DNA from: Candidatus Eiseniibacteriota bacterium
GTDB taxonomy: Bacteria; Eisenbacteria; RBG-16-71-46; CAZAMP01
Length of the DNA stretch: 64,000 nt
Direction: 5' to 3'
Assembly (NCBI GenBank): GCA_965224245.1
Contig: OZ245046.1
Span: forward strand, 960,001 to 1,024,000
Positions 22,306 to 31,048 of the stretch are shown piece by piece. Position numbers and translations under genes: made by a program. Positions within the stretch are counted from its first letter, which is position 1. Each line of letters opens with the position of its first letter. The notes under the pieces are model-generated. The model ran no database searches. It was not told where the DNA came from and saw only the letters and a list, made by a program, of their open reading frames with translations.

Positions 22306-24555
22306 ATGATGGATGCTGACGGCCACGAGTCAGATCACGGGAGAGCTCCTTTCCGCACGATCCCCATCCTTCGGGTTCACTGCCTCGCGTGGAACGGCTC
22401 GTGCACGGCGTTCCTGGCTGCCGGCGCTCTGAGCGTGTGTCTCGCGCATGCCGCGGCGACGGGAGCGTGCATCGACTACGGAGACTATCTGCACTGGGTC
22501 GGGAACGTCGATGTGCCGAACGCTCGCGACGTGGCGATCTCCGGCAGCTACGCCTACGTCGCGGGCGGGGATTCTGGACTTCTCGTTCTCGACGTCACGA
22601 CTCCGGAGTCCCCGGTCATGGTGGGGAGCGTCAGCACGCCGGGCTTCGCCAGCCGCGTTGCGGTCTCGGGGAGCCATGCCTACGTGGCGGTGGAGTCGGG
22701 GCTCCAGGTGGTGGAGATCACGACCCCGGAGTCGCCGGCGATCGTGGGGAGCGTGGCCACCCCGGGTGTTGCCAACGGTGTCGCGGTTGCCGGGAGCTAC
22801 GCCTACGTCATGGATGGAGAGGGTCTTCAGGTCGTGGACATCACGACGCCGGAGTCGCCCGCGATCGTGGGGAGCGTCGCCACCCCGGGTTCTTCCCACG
22901 GTGTTGCGATTGCTGGGAGCTACGCCTACGTCGCGGACGTGTCCTCGGGTCTTCAGGTCGTGGACATCACGACGCCGGGGTCACCGACCATCGTGGGGAG
23001 CGCGAGCACACCGGGGCGCGCCTTCGGCGTCGTGGTCTCCGGGAGCCATGCCTACGTCGCGGACGAGCTCTCGGGTCTGCAGGTCGTTGACGTCACGACG
23101 CCGGAGTCGCCGACCATCGTGGGGAGCGTCGACACATCGGGCGAGGCGATGGGTGTCGCAATCTCCGGGAGCACCGCCTACGTTGCGGATGGGTCCTCGA
23201 CGCTCCAGGTCCTGGACATCGCGACGCCGGAGTCACCAGCCATCGTCGGGAGCGTCGGCACGTTGGGCCATGGCTTCAACGTGCTGATCTTCGGGAGCTA
23301 CACCTACGTCGCGGCCGGAGAGTCGGGTCTTCAGGTGGTGGATGTCGCATCGCCGGAGTCCCCGGCCGCCGTCGGAAGCGCTGACACCCCCTTCCATGCT
23401 GACCAGGTCGCCGTCTCTGGAAGCTACGCCTACGTCACGGACAGCGAGTCGGGTCTTCAGGTGCTCGACATCGCGACACCCACGATGCCGATGATCGTGG
23501 GTAGCGTCGACACGCCGGGTACAGCCTACGGCGTCGCGGTCTCCGGGAGCCACGCGTATGTCGCGGACAACGAAGCGGGTCTCCAGGTGGTGGACATCGC
23601 GACGCCGGAGTCACCGATGATCGTGGGCAGCGCCGACACGCCGGCTTTTGCCCGGAGCGTCGCCGTCTCCGGGAGCCACGCTTACGTCGGAGATGCGGGT
23701 CTCCAGGTGGTCGACATCGCGACGCCGGAGTCGCCGACGGTCGTGGGGAGTGTGGGCTCTCCACTGTTTGGCGTCAGCGGTGTGGCGGTCTCCGGCAACT
23801 ACGCCTACGTCGTGGACGAGAGCTGGGGACTCTGGGTCGTGGACATCACGATGCCGGAGTCGCCCGCGATCGTGGGCGACGCCAGCACATCGGACATTGC
23901 CCTGGGCGTCGTGGTCTCCGGTAGCTACGCCTACGTCGCGGTTGGAGTGTCGGGTCTTCAGGTGGTGGACATCACGACGCCGGAGGCACCGGCCATCGTG
24001 GGGGGCGTCGACACGCCGGGTCAGGTGTGGGCCATTGCGATCCAGAAGGGTCACGCCTACGTGGCCGATGGCTTCCCGGGCCTTCGGGTGGTGGACATCA
24101 CGGAGCCGACCTCGCCGACCATGGTGGGGGACGTTCCCCTGGACGCCTACGACGTCGCGATCTCCGGGAGCTACGCCTGCGTCGTGGGGGGGATCTCGGG
24201 GGGTCTTCACATCTTGCCGCTGCAGTGCGACGTGACTCCTGTCGACCCCGGTGGACCACCGCCCTCCGAGGTCGTACCGGCGCTACGACTCGTGGGTAGC
24301 CCCAACCCGTTCTCGAGCTTCACACGCGTGTCCTTCGCCCTGCCGACGGAAGGCCCGGCATCGCTCGAGGTGTTCGACGTCGGTGGACGGTTCGTGGCCG
24401 CTCGGGATCTCGGCTGGCTCGAGGCCGGCGTTCACGGGATCGACGTCGATGGGCGGGATGCCGACGGCCGCCGGATTCCTCCGGGCGTCTGGTTCGTGCG
24501 GCTACAGACCCCGGAGGGGGTGAGCGAGACGTTGAGGATGGTCCGGGCTCAGTAG
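22306..24555 (+). CDS. LVIVD-repeat protein (14 repeats, probably two 7-bladed propellers) with FlgD/T9SS-like CTD
   Basis: AGGAGG RBS; CIDYGDYLHWVG start; 14 near-identical VAxSGS(Y/H)AYVA...GLQVVDI.TPESP.IVGS units; SPNPF...FDVGGR CTD. Confidence 0.9.
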   Translation: MMDADGHESDHGRAPFRTIPILRVHCLAWNGSCTAFLAAGALSVCLAHAAATGACIDYGDYLHWVGNVDVPNARDVAISGSYAYVAGGDSGLLVLDVTTPESPVMVGSVSTPGFASRVAVSGSHAYVAVESGLQVVEITTPESPAIVGSVATPGVANGVAVAGSYAYVMDGEGLQVVDITTPESPAIVGSVATPGSSHGVAIAGSYAYVADVSSGLQVVDITTPGSPTIVGSASTPGRAFGVVVSGSHAYVADELSGLQVVDVTTPESPTIVGSVDTSGEAMGVAISGSTAYVADGSSTLQVLDIATPESPAIVGSVGTLGHGFNVLIFGSYTYVAAGESGLQVVDVASPESPAAVGSADTPFHADQVAVSGSYAYVTDSESGLQVLDIATPTMPMIVGSVDTPGTAYGVAVSGSHAYVADNEAGLQVVDIATPESPMIVGSADTPAFARSVAVSGSHAYVGDAGLQVVDIATPESPTVVGSVGSPLFGVSGVAVSGNYAYVVDESWGLWVVDITMPESPAIVGDASTSDIALGVVVSGSYAYVAVGVSGLQVVDITTPEAPAIVGGVDTPGQVWAIAIQKGHAYVADGFPGLRVVDITEPTSPTMVGDVPLDAYDVAISGSYACVVGGISGGLHILPLQCDVTPVDPGGPPPSEVVPALRLVGSPNPFSSFTRVSFALPTEGPASLEVFDVGGRFVAARDLGWLEAGVHGIDVDGRDADGRRIPPGVWFVRLQTPEGVSETLRMVRAQ

Positions 24556-24605
24556 TGGATCGCATCTGCGCCGTGATCTGACCGACGGCGCATGGAAGTC
24601 CGCGC

Positions 24606-25487
24606 TCATCTCCTCGGTGACGCGATGGGGCGGCCCGGGATGAGCTCAGATCTCGGGTCGCTCCCCCTCCGAATCCACACGAACGACATCATCGCCAGCC
24701 CGCCGAAGGTCAACGCGCTCAGTCCCGCGACGATCGATCGCGTCGCGTCGCCACCGGCCAGGGAACCCTCCGCGAGCAGTGACTGCACCTGATCCGGTCG
24801 CGCCACGAGCCACAACAGGAACACGGCGTCCACGAGACCGTGCACGATCATCCCCGGTATCGTGGATCTCGTGACGCGCGCCAGGATGCCCCAGCCCACG
24901 GCTCCGATCACGTACAGAGGCAAGATGACCAGAGCCGGCTGATGCGCCAGCGCGAACACGATGGCCACGGTGAGAACGGCCGGAACGGTGCCGTGACGCT
25001 CCTCGATGGGCACCTGCATGTATCCCCTGAACGCGGCTTCCTCGACGACACCCGTCATGAGCGCGAGCGTCAGGGCCAGCGCTACCGCGGTGATCAGTGG
25101 GAGCTCTGGCAGTACCGCGATCAATCCCAGAGCTCCCTCCGGCACCTCGATCAGGCTGTATCCGAGGATCACCAGCGAGGCGACGGTCATGCCGAGCATG
25201 GCGCCCGCGATGGTCACGGCCCCGATGTGGCCGCGAGGTGGGCACGCCCGAAGCCAGCGTCGTCGTACGGCACCGGTCGAGTGCGGAGGACCGTCTCCCC
25301 GCAGGTAGCGGAACAGCCCCCACAGTAGAAGTAGCTCCACCGGCACGGCCCATGGAATCGAAGGCGAGGTGGTGAGATTGATCTGAACCAGAATCGAGAA
25401 CGGCACCACACCGAGCAGCTGCACGCCGAGCCCGGTGAGAAGCGCTCGTACCAGGATCGGAATCCTCTGCCATGCACGCATGATCAT
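24606..25487 (-). CDS. CPBP (CAAX/Abi) intramembrane glutamic protease
   Basis: EEAAFRG, FALAH, HGLVD motifs in a multi-TM protein; ATGA overlap with the TetR stop. Confidence 0.9.
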   Translation of the reverse strand: MIMRAWQRIPILVRALLTGLGVQLLGVVPFSILVQINLTTSPSIPWAVPVELLLLWGLFRYLRGDGPPHSTGAVRRRWLRACPPRGHIGAVTIAGAMLGMTVASLVILGYSLIEVPEGALGLIAVLPELPLITAVALALTLALMTGVVEEAAFRGYMQVPIEERHGTVPAVLTVAIVFALAHQPALVILPLYVIGAVGWGILARVTRSTIPGMIVHGLVDAVFLLWLVARPDQVQSLLAEGSLAGGDATRSIVAGLSALTFGGLAMMSFVWIRRGSDPRSELIPGRPIASPRR

Positions 25488-26167
25488 GACGTCACCTCTC
25501 TCGTGTCGACGCCGAGGTCGCCGGCGAGGTAGCGATACAAGGCGTCCGCGAGCTCGGTCGTGAGCTGCTCGTCGGTGAGCGAGAGGGCCACCACCTGGGG
25601 CGTGCCTCCGAGTACGACACGCTCGCGAATGGTTGCCATCACCATGTGGAGTCCGACCTCCAGCGCGAGGCGGGGCTGGGGATGACCCGTTTCATCCTCG
25701 CACTCACCGAGGAACCCATGGACCATTTCGAGGATGCGGGCCGCCGCTTCATGGATCGTGTCCGGGATCAGGTCGGGCTGACGGTAGTTTCGAAGCACGA
25801 GCGCCCGGATGAGCCCTCGCTGGCGTCGGGCCGTGTCGACCAGCCACTGAACCACCGTCGTCACGCGGCTCCGGAGCGCATCGCTCTCGTCGCGCGTTCG
25901 CGCAATCAGCCCGCCGAGCTCGTTCTCGATCTCGGCGTAGTGCAGTTCGAGGAGATGAGGTAGAAGCGCGTCCTTGCTGCCGAAGCGCTCGTAGAAGCTC
26001 CCCACCGAGAAGTCGCCGCGGGCCGCGATCTCCGCCACGGTCAGCTCCTCGAGCGTCTTCTTCTCCAGGGCACTGCGTGCGGCGGCGAGGATCCGCGAGA
26101 GAGTCTCCTTGCTTCGCTTCTGCACGGGCGCGTTCAGGGCGAGTCGGCGGTCCGGGGCGTCTCGCAC
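25484..26167 (-). CDS. TetR/AcrR-family transcriptional regulator
   Basis: QKRSKET..RILAAA...LTVAEIA......GSFYERFGSKDALL HTH; AGGAG RBS before GTG 26167. Confidence 0.9.
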   Translation of the reverse strand: MRDAPDRRLALNAPVQKRSKETLSRILAAARSALEKKTLEELTVAEIAARGDFSVGSFYERFGSKDALLPHLLELHYAEIENELGGLIARTRDESDALRSRVTTVVQWLVDTARRQRGLIRALVLRNYRQPDLIPDTIHEAAARILEMVHGFLGECEDETGHPQPRLALEVGLHMVMATIRERVVLGGTPQVVALSLTDEQLTTELADALYRYLAGDLGVDTREVTS

Positions 26168-26197
26168 GGTGGGTCTCCTTTGCTCATGAGATCGACT

Positions 26198-26221
26198 GAA
26201 CCAGAATACATATTCTGGTTC
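26198..26221. promoter_or_regulatory. Probable TetR operator (perfect 11-bp inverted repeat)
   Basis: GAACCAGAATA-CA-TATTCTGGTTC, about 30 nt upstream of the tetR start. Confidence 0.75.
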
Positions 26222-26381
26222 TGATTTGTTGCATCGACCGGCGGGCCACATTCAATCAGTGGGAGAGACGCGGTTTCGGGGCTCTAAATGCTTGCAGTCG
26301 TGTCGTATACGAGGGGGTGAGCATTTGCGAGGGTATTGCCGGGCTCATCGAGACCTGGTAGCGCCGAGCCGCAAGCCGCAC

Positions 26382-26665
26382 TCACTCGCGGTAGGCCTCC
26401 AGGAAGGCCTGTGTCCGCACGGCGTAGTCGTCGTAGAACTCGTGGTTGGCGGCGAGGATGCGGATCTGCGAGAGCGTCTTGCCCTGCTGCAGATCGGTGA
26501 GCGCGAGAAGGGTGGGGAAGTCCTCGGGATGGCTGTTCAACGTACCCCGCAGGGTCTCGGGGTCGCCGACGACGTAGCCCTCTGCATCGAAGTGGTCCGA
26601 TGCAAGTAGCTCGGCGGCCACCATGGCCGAGGTGGTCGCGTCCACGCCCACGATGCGCTCGTGTG
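26382..26665 (-). pseudogene. Probable orphan 3' gene fragment or small hypothetical protein
   Basis: Protein-like stretch HERIVGVDATT...HPEDFPTLLAL...YDDYAVRTQAFLEAYRE-stop at the end of an otherwise shadow ORF; no convincing RBS or start. Confidence 0.35.
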
Positions 26666-26710
26666 AGGTTGTGTCAAGTCCTGCCTGCAGACGTGTCGAC
26701 CAGCCGTCCC

Positions 26711-27664
26711 TCAGAACCGGATCTCGGTTCCGAGGCCGGCCGGCACGAAGTCGTCTCCGTAGGCATCCATGAGTACCTTGAAGCCGAGGTGCCCGGTGCA
26801 GTGGGCCGGCGCGAGCCGTGCGACCTCCAGCTCCCGCTCGAGGCGCCGAGCCACGCCCTCCAGCTCGGTCCGGGTGTACGGAAGCAGGTGGAAGCCACCC
26901 ATCACCAGCGAGATGGGTTGGCCGAGCTCCTGCTTCGAGTGTCGCACGATCGTCTCGACGGTGCTGTGGGAGCAGCCGACGAGAACGACGCTTCCCTCGT
27001 CCGTGTCCAGGACCATGGAGAGCTCGGGCAGCTCGATGTAGCTGGCCTCTGCTGTCGACTCCTCTCCCTGGAGCCCGAGATTGGGGTAGCGACTGAACGT
27101 TCCGAGAAAGGGCGACGTGGTTGCCACCAGCGTGACGCCATCCGCGACCTCGGTCGTGGCCGTCACGTACTCGACGTTCGCCTTCCAGAACCGGCCGCTC
27201 GATCGGAGGACGATCTCGTCCCGGTCTCCACCGAAGTACCGCATCTCCACGGGGAGCTCGTTCACGATCTCCGGATCCGTTCCACCGATGTTGAACGCCA
27301 GCGGTGCCGCACCCCCGAAGAAGTCCTGCGGGAAGTAGATGCGGACATCCGGATTGACGTCGAGCAGGTAGTCGAAGCCCGAGATGTGATCGGCGTGGGA
27401 GTGTGACGCCACCGCGAAATCTATGGTCGTGAGATCGATGCCGAGTGCCTGCACGTTCGTGCGGAGGATGTCGGCGTCGGTCCCGGCATCGAAGAGGATC
27501 CGTGTCTCGCCGTACTCCACGTACGCAGAGAAGCCGAAGTCGTGAACGGTGCCGGGGATGGATGGTCCGAAGGCATCGTAGAGGTTGACGATCCGGCCGG
27601 ATCCCTTCGCCGCCCCGGCGAAAAGAAGCAGGCTGGCGGTCATGATCAGTGATGACCTGCTCAT
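26711..27664 (-). CDS. Exported MBL-fold metallo-hydrolase (COG1237-like)
   Basis: GGGAG RBS; signal peptide; ILFDAG, SHSHADHISG, GCSH, GGFHL, PAHCTG. Confidence 0.85.
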   Translation of the reverse strand: MSRSSLIMTASLLLFAGAAKGSGRIVNLYDAFGPSIPGTVHDFGFSAYVEYGETRILFDAGTDADILRTNVQALGIDLTTIDFAVASHSHADHISGFDYLLDVNPDVRIYFPQDFFGGAAPLAFNIGGTDPEIVNELPVEMRYFGGDRDEIVLRSSGRFWKANVEYVTATTEVADGVTLVATTSPFLGTFSRYPNLGLQGEESTAEASYIELPELSMVLDTDEGSVVLVGCSHSTVETIVRHSKQELGQPISLVMGGFHLLPYTRTELEGVARRLERELEVARLAPAHCTGHLGFKVLMDAYGDDFVPAGLGTEIRF

Positions 27665-28225
27665 CGATTCTCCCAGTGTGACGGGTGTGAACGTGCCAGT
27701 CGCCACGGGCGTTGCGACGATTCCATCCTATCCTACCCGGCTGACCGGCATCGCGTGATCCTCGCCGGTCGAACGTGCTCGGCGTGTCAGAGCTCGGGCC
27801 CAACCCGGTCACTCGGCGCAGGCTCGAAGACGGCTCTCCTCGCCAGCTTTGAAGGACTGTTCGATCGGTTGCGGTAACGTGCTGATGAAAGCCACGTTGT
27901 CGGGGTCGATGGACGGGCCGCGAGCGAGAGCGTGCACGCCTCACACGGCGCGCTGAGAGTCCGAGAATGATACAGGCGCATCATTGAGGTCATGCTGCGC
28001 AAATAAATAGAATCTCCCGGTAACTTTCCATCTATAGCACGACGCGTCACGAGCGACATGGACGAGACCATTCGTCTGGTCGAGCGTTCGGACGCTCCGG
28101 CGTCCGGCAGGCGCTGCGGGAGCTGGACGTCGCGCCCACCGGAGTCAGCCGGCACCCCGTGCGGCAACGTCGGCTCCTCACCGACAGCGATCAGTCGTAG
28201 GGTCCTACGACGCAGGAGATCAATC

Positions 28226-30685
28226 ATGAAGGCGCGACAGGAAGTACGTGTGAGACCGTTCGCAGCCAACCCAGTGGGGCACGTCGCATGTGTCATGTCG
28301 CTCGCAGGGATCTTCTCCACAGCAGCCTCGGGCGACGGGGAGATCGTCGCGTGGGGATCCAACACCGCCGGACAATGCAACGTACCGGCGACTCTGAACA
28401 CGGGCTACGTCGCCGTCGGGGGAGGAGATTCGTTCAGCCTCGGACTGCAGGGGGATGGATCCGTCGTCGCCTGGGGAGCGAACCACTACGAGCAGTGCGG
28501 CGTACCCACGCCGAGTGGCGACCTCGTGGCCATCGCAGGAGGCATCGACTTCAGCCTCGGCCTCGAGCGCGACGGCTCGATCGTCGCCTGGGGAAGCAAC
28601 GAGCACGGGCAGTGCGACGTGCCGGACGTAGACGCGGTCTTCGTGGCCGTCGCGACGGGTGGCGTCACGCTGCCATACTGGAATGCGCCGGGTGGTGCCT
28701 ACTGGGGCCACGGCCTCGGACTCCAGGCCGACGGCTCGATCCTCGCCTGGGGAGGCGGACCGGGACCTCCACCGGAGCCGAACACCGATTTCGTGGCCGT
28801 CGCGGGAGGTATGGATCACAGCCTGGGACTCAAGGCCGATGGCACGATCGTCGCCTGGGGCTCGGCCTGGCCGGGCCCTCCACCGGGACCGAACGCGGAC
28901 TTCGTGGCCATCGCGGCAGGTGGGGGGGTGGCGCTTGCGAGGCATGGCGTCGTCGGCTCGTTCGGGCACAGCCTCGGTCTCAAAGTCGACGGCTCGATCG
29001 TTGCCTGGGGAGACAATACGTATGGGCAGTGCGACGTACCGGAGCCAAACACGGCATTTGTCGCCGTCTCGGCGGGCGGCGCCCATAGCTTCGGACTCAA
29101 GGCCGACGGTTCGATCGTCGCCTGGGGGAACGACGACTTCGGGCAGTGCGACGTGCCCACGCCGAATGCCGATTTCGTGGCCGTCGAGGCGGGCGGTGTA
29201 TTCGTAGCGGGCTTCCCTGGCTGGACGCGCGATAGCGGGCCGAATGTCGGCCTCAAGGCCGACGGCTCGATCGTCGCCTGGGGAAGCAACGACTTCGGGC
29301 AGTGCAACGTGCCGGCTACCCTGAACGAGGACTACGTGGCCCTCGAGGGAGGTAGCTCCTTCAGTCTCGGACTCCAGGGCGACGGCACCGTCGTTGCCTG
29401 GGGTGACAATCGCGACGGACAGTGCAACGTGCCAGCACCCAGCGCAGATTTCGTCGCGATCGCCGGTGGCGGCAACTCCAGCCTCGGCCTCGCGCTCGAT
29501 GGGGGGATCGTGGCGTGGGGGGGCAACGAGTTCGGCCAGTGCGACGTGCCCGAGCCGAACGCCGACTTCGTGGCCGTCTCGGCGGGCGTGTGGCACAGCC
29601 TGGGGCTCAGGTCCGACCGTACGATCGTGGCCTGGGGGGACAACTACTCCGGACGGTGCGATGTGCCCGAGCCGAACGCCGGCTTGGTGGCGATCGCCGC
29701 GGGGTGGTTTCACAGCATGGGTCTCAGGTCCGACGGGACCATCGCGGCCTGGGGGCATGATGGAGTCGGACAGTGTGACGTGCCGGCGCCGAACGCCGAC
29801 TTCGTGAGGATTGCGGCGGGCCGCCAGCACAGCCTCGGCCTCAAGTCCGACGGTTCGATCGTGGCCTGGGGTGACAACCGCGACGGCCAGTGCGACGTGC
29901 CGGTATCCAATGCGGAGTTCGTCGCGATTGCCGGTGGCGGTGACCACAGTCTGGGCCTCGAGTCCGACGGGACCATCGTGGCGTGGGGGGGCGACGCGTT
30001 CGGCCAGTGCAACGTGCCCGCGCCAAACGCGGACTTCGTGAGGATCGCGGCGGGGACGTTCCACAGCGTGGGGATCAAGGGCGACGCCTCGGTCCGCATA
30101 CTGCAGATGCTGGCGAATCTCCGCTCATCAGTCGCCGCCGCTGAGCTATCCCAGGGTACCGAGCAAAGCCTGCTCGCGAAAGTCGAATCCGTGGAACGAG
30201 CAGTCAATCGCGGGAACGAACGAGCGGCGGGGCGCGTGCTCGACGCATTGGTTCGTCACGTAGAGGCACAGCGAGGGCGTCACATCGACGACCCCGACGC
30301 CGACTCACTGAACCGGTCCGTCCGAGCCATCATTGCACTGCTCGCGTTCGACGCGGGAGACCGCATGGCCGACGGCACGCAGGTGGTGGACGGTGCCGGC
30401 CAGGGGTTCCGCCTCACGGCCAGTGGTCCCAACCCCGTCAGCCACGGGACCGTGATCCGGTACGACCTGATTCGACCGTCGCGCGTCGAGCTTCGCATCT
30501 ACGACGTGCGTGGGCGACTGGTTCGCGCGTACCAGAACGTCGGGATTCACGCTGGCTCCTACGACATGACCTGGGATGGACGTGACGACGCCGGCGTGAG
30601 GGTGGCAGGCGGGACGTACTTCGTGAAGCTGACGGCAGGCGAGGTGACCCGGACGCGGAGGGTGGTGGTTCTGGGCGGGAAGTAG
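28226..30685 (+). CDS. RCC1/BLIP-II-like repeat protein with FIMAH-like helical domain and FlgD/T9SS-like CTD
   Basis: AGGAG RBS; many HSLGL..DGSIVAWG.N..GQC.VP.PN..FVA repeats; SLLAK...GN...L.A...VEAQRG..I helical domain; GPNP...YDVRGRLVR...WDGRD. Confidence 0.9.
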   Translation: MKARQEVRVRPFAANPVGHVACVMSLAGIFSTAASGDGEIVAWGSNTAGQCNVPATLNTGYVAVGGGDSFSLGLQGDGSVVAWGANHYEQCGVPTPSGDLVAIAGGIDFSLGLERDGSIVAWGSNEHGQCDVPDVDAVFVAVATGGVTLPYWNAPGGAYWGHGLGLQADGSILAWGGGPGPPPEPNTDFVAVAGGMDHSLGLKADGTIVAWGSAWPGPPPGPNADFVAIAAGGGVALARHGVVGSFGHSLGLKVDGSIVAWGDNTYGQCDVPEPNTAFVAVSAGGAHSFGLKADGSIVAWGNDDFGQCDVPTPNADFVAVEAGGVFVAGFPGWTRDSGPNVGLKADGSIVAWGSNDFGQCNVPATLNEDYVALEGGSSFSLGLQGDGTVVAWGDNRDGQCNVPAPSADFVAIAGGGNSSLGLALDGGIVAWGGNEFGQCDVPEPNADFVAVSAGVWHSLGLRSDRTIVAWGDNYSGRCDVPEPNAGLVAIAAGWFHSMGLRSDGTIAAWGHDGVGQCDVPAPNADFVRIAAGRQHSLGLKSDGSIVAWGDNRDGQCDVPVSNAEFVAIAGGGDHSLGLESDGTIVAWGGDAFGQCNVPAPNADFVRIAAGTFHSVGIKGDASVRILQMLANLRSSVAAAELSQGTEQSLLAKVESVERAVNRGNERAAGRVLDALVRHVEAQRGRHIDDPDADSLNRSVRAIIALLAFDAGDRMADGTQVVDGAGQGFRLTASGPNPVSHGTVIRYDLIRPSRVELRIYDVRGRLVRAYQNVGIHAGSYDMTWDGRDDAGVRVAGGTYFVKLTAGEVTRTRRVVVLGGK

Positions 30686-31048
30686 CGGAAGCTCCGCCGC
30701 CGGTGGATCTCACGAATCGGCGGCGTGATGACTGAGGCATCGACGAACGGCGTTCGAGCCACGGCAGCGTTTCGACCCGGGTTCACTGTTCAGGCACGAG
30801 CCGTCGTGATCGGCTCGACGAGACCAGGTCACGCGGAATCATCCATCCCACAGTGCCCTGTGCGGTTGCGCGGCTTCGACGTCGGCTGTCAGAATAGTTC
30901 CAAAGGTGCGCTAGTCCGGCTCACGTTGCATCCCACCAGCCCGGAGAATCCGGTCGTTCCGGCACCGGTGAAGTCGGTCCTTCACTTCCCGACGGAACCC
31001 CCCCATGGTCGATGTGCGGTGCCGGGCCACAAGGAACTGGAGTCCCGG

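Noticed and set aside
22500-30060. Regularly spaced DNA repeats that could be mistaken for CRISPR arrays or DGR template/variable repeats
   Set aside because: They are in-frame LVIVD and RCC1 coding repeats with synonymous variation; no cas genes, no reverse transcriptase, and no obvious adenine-specific mismatch pattern
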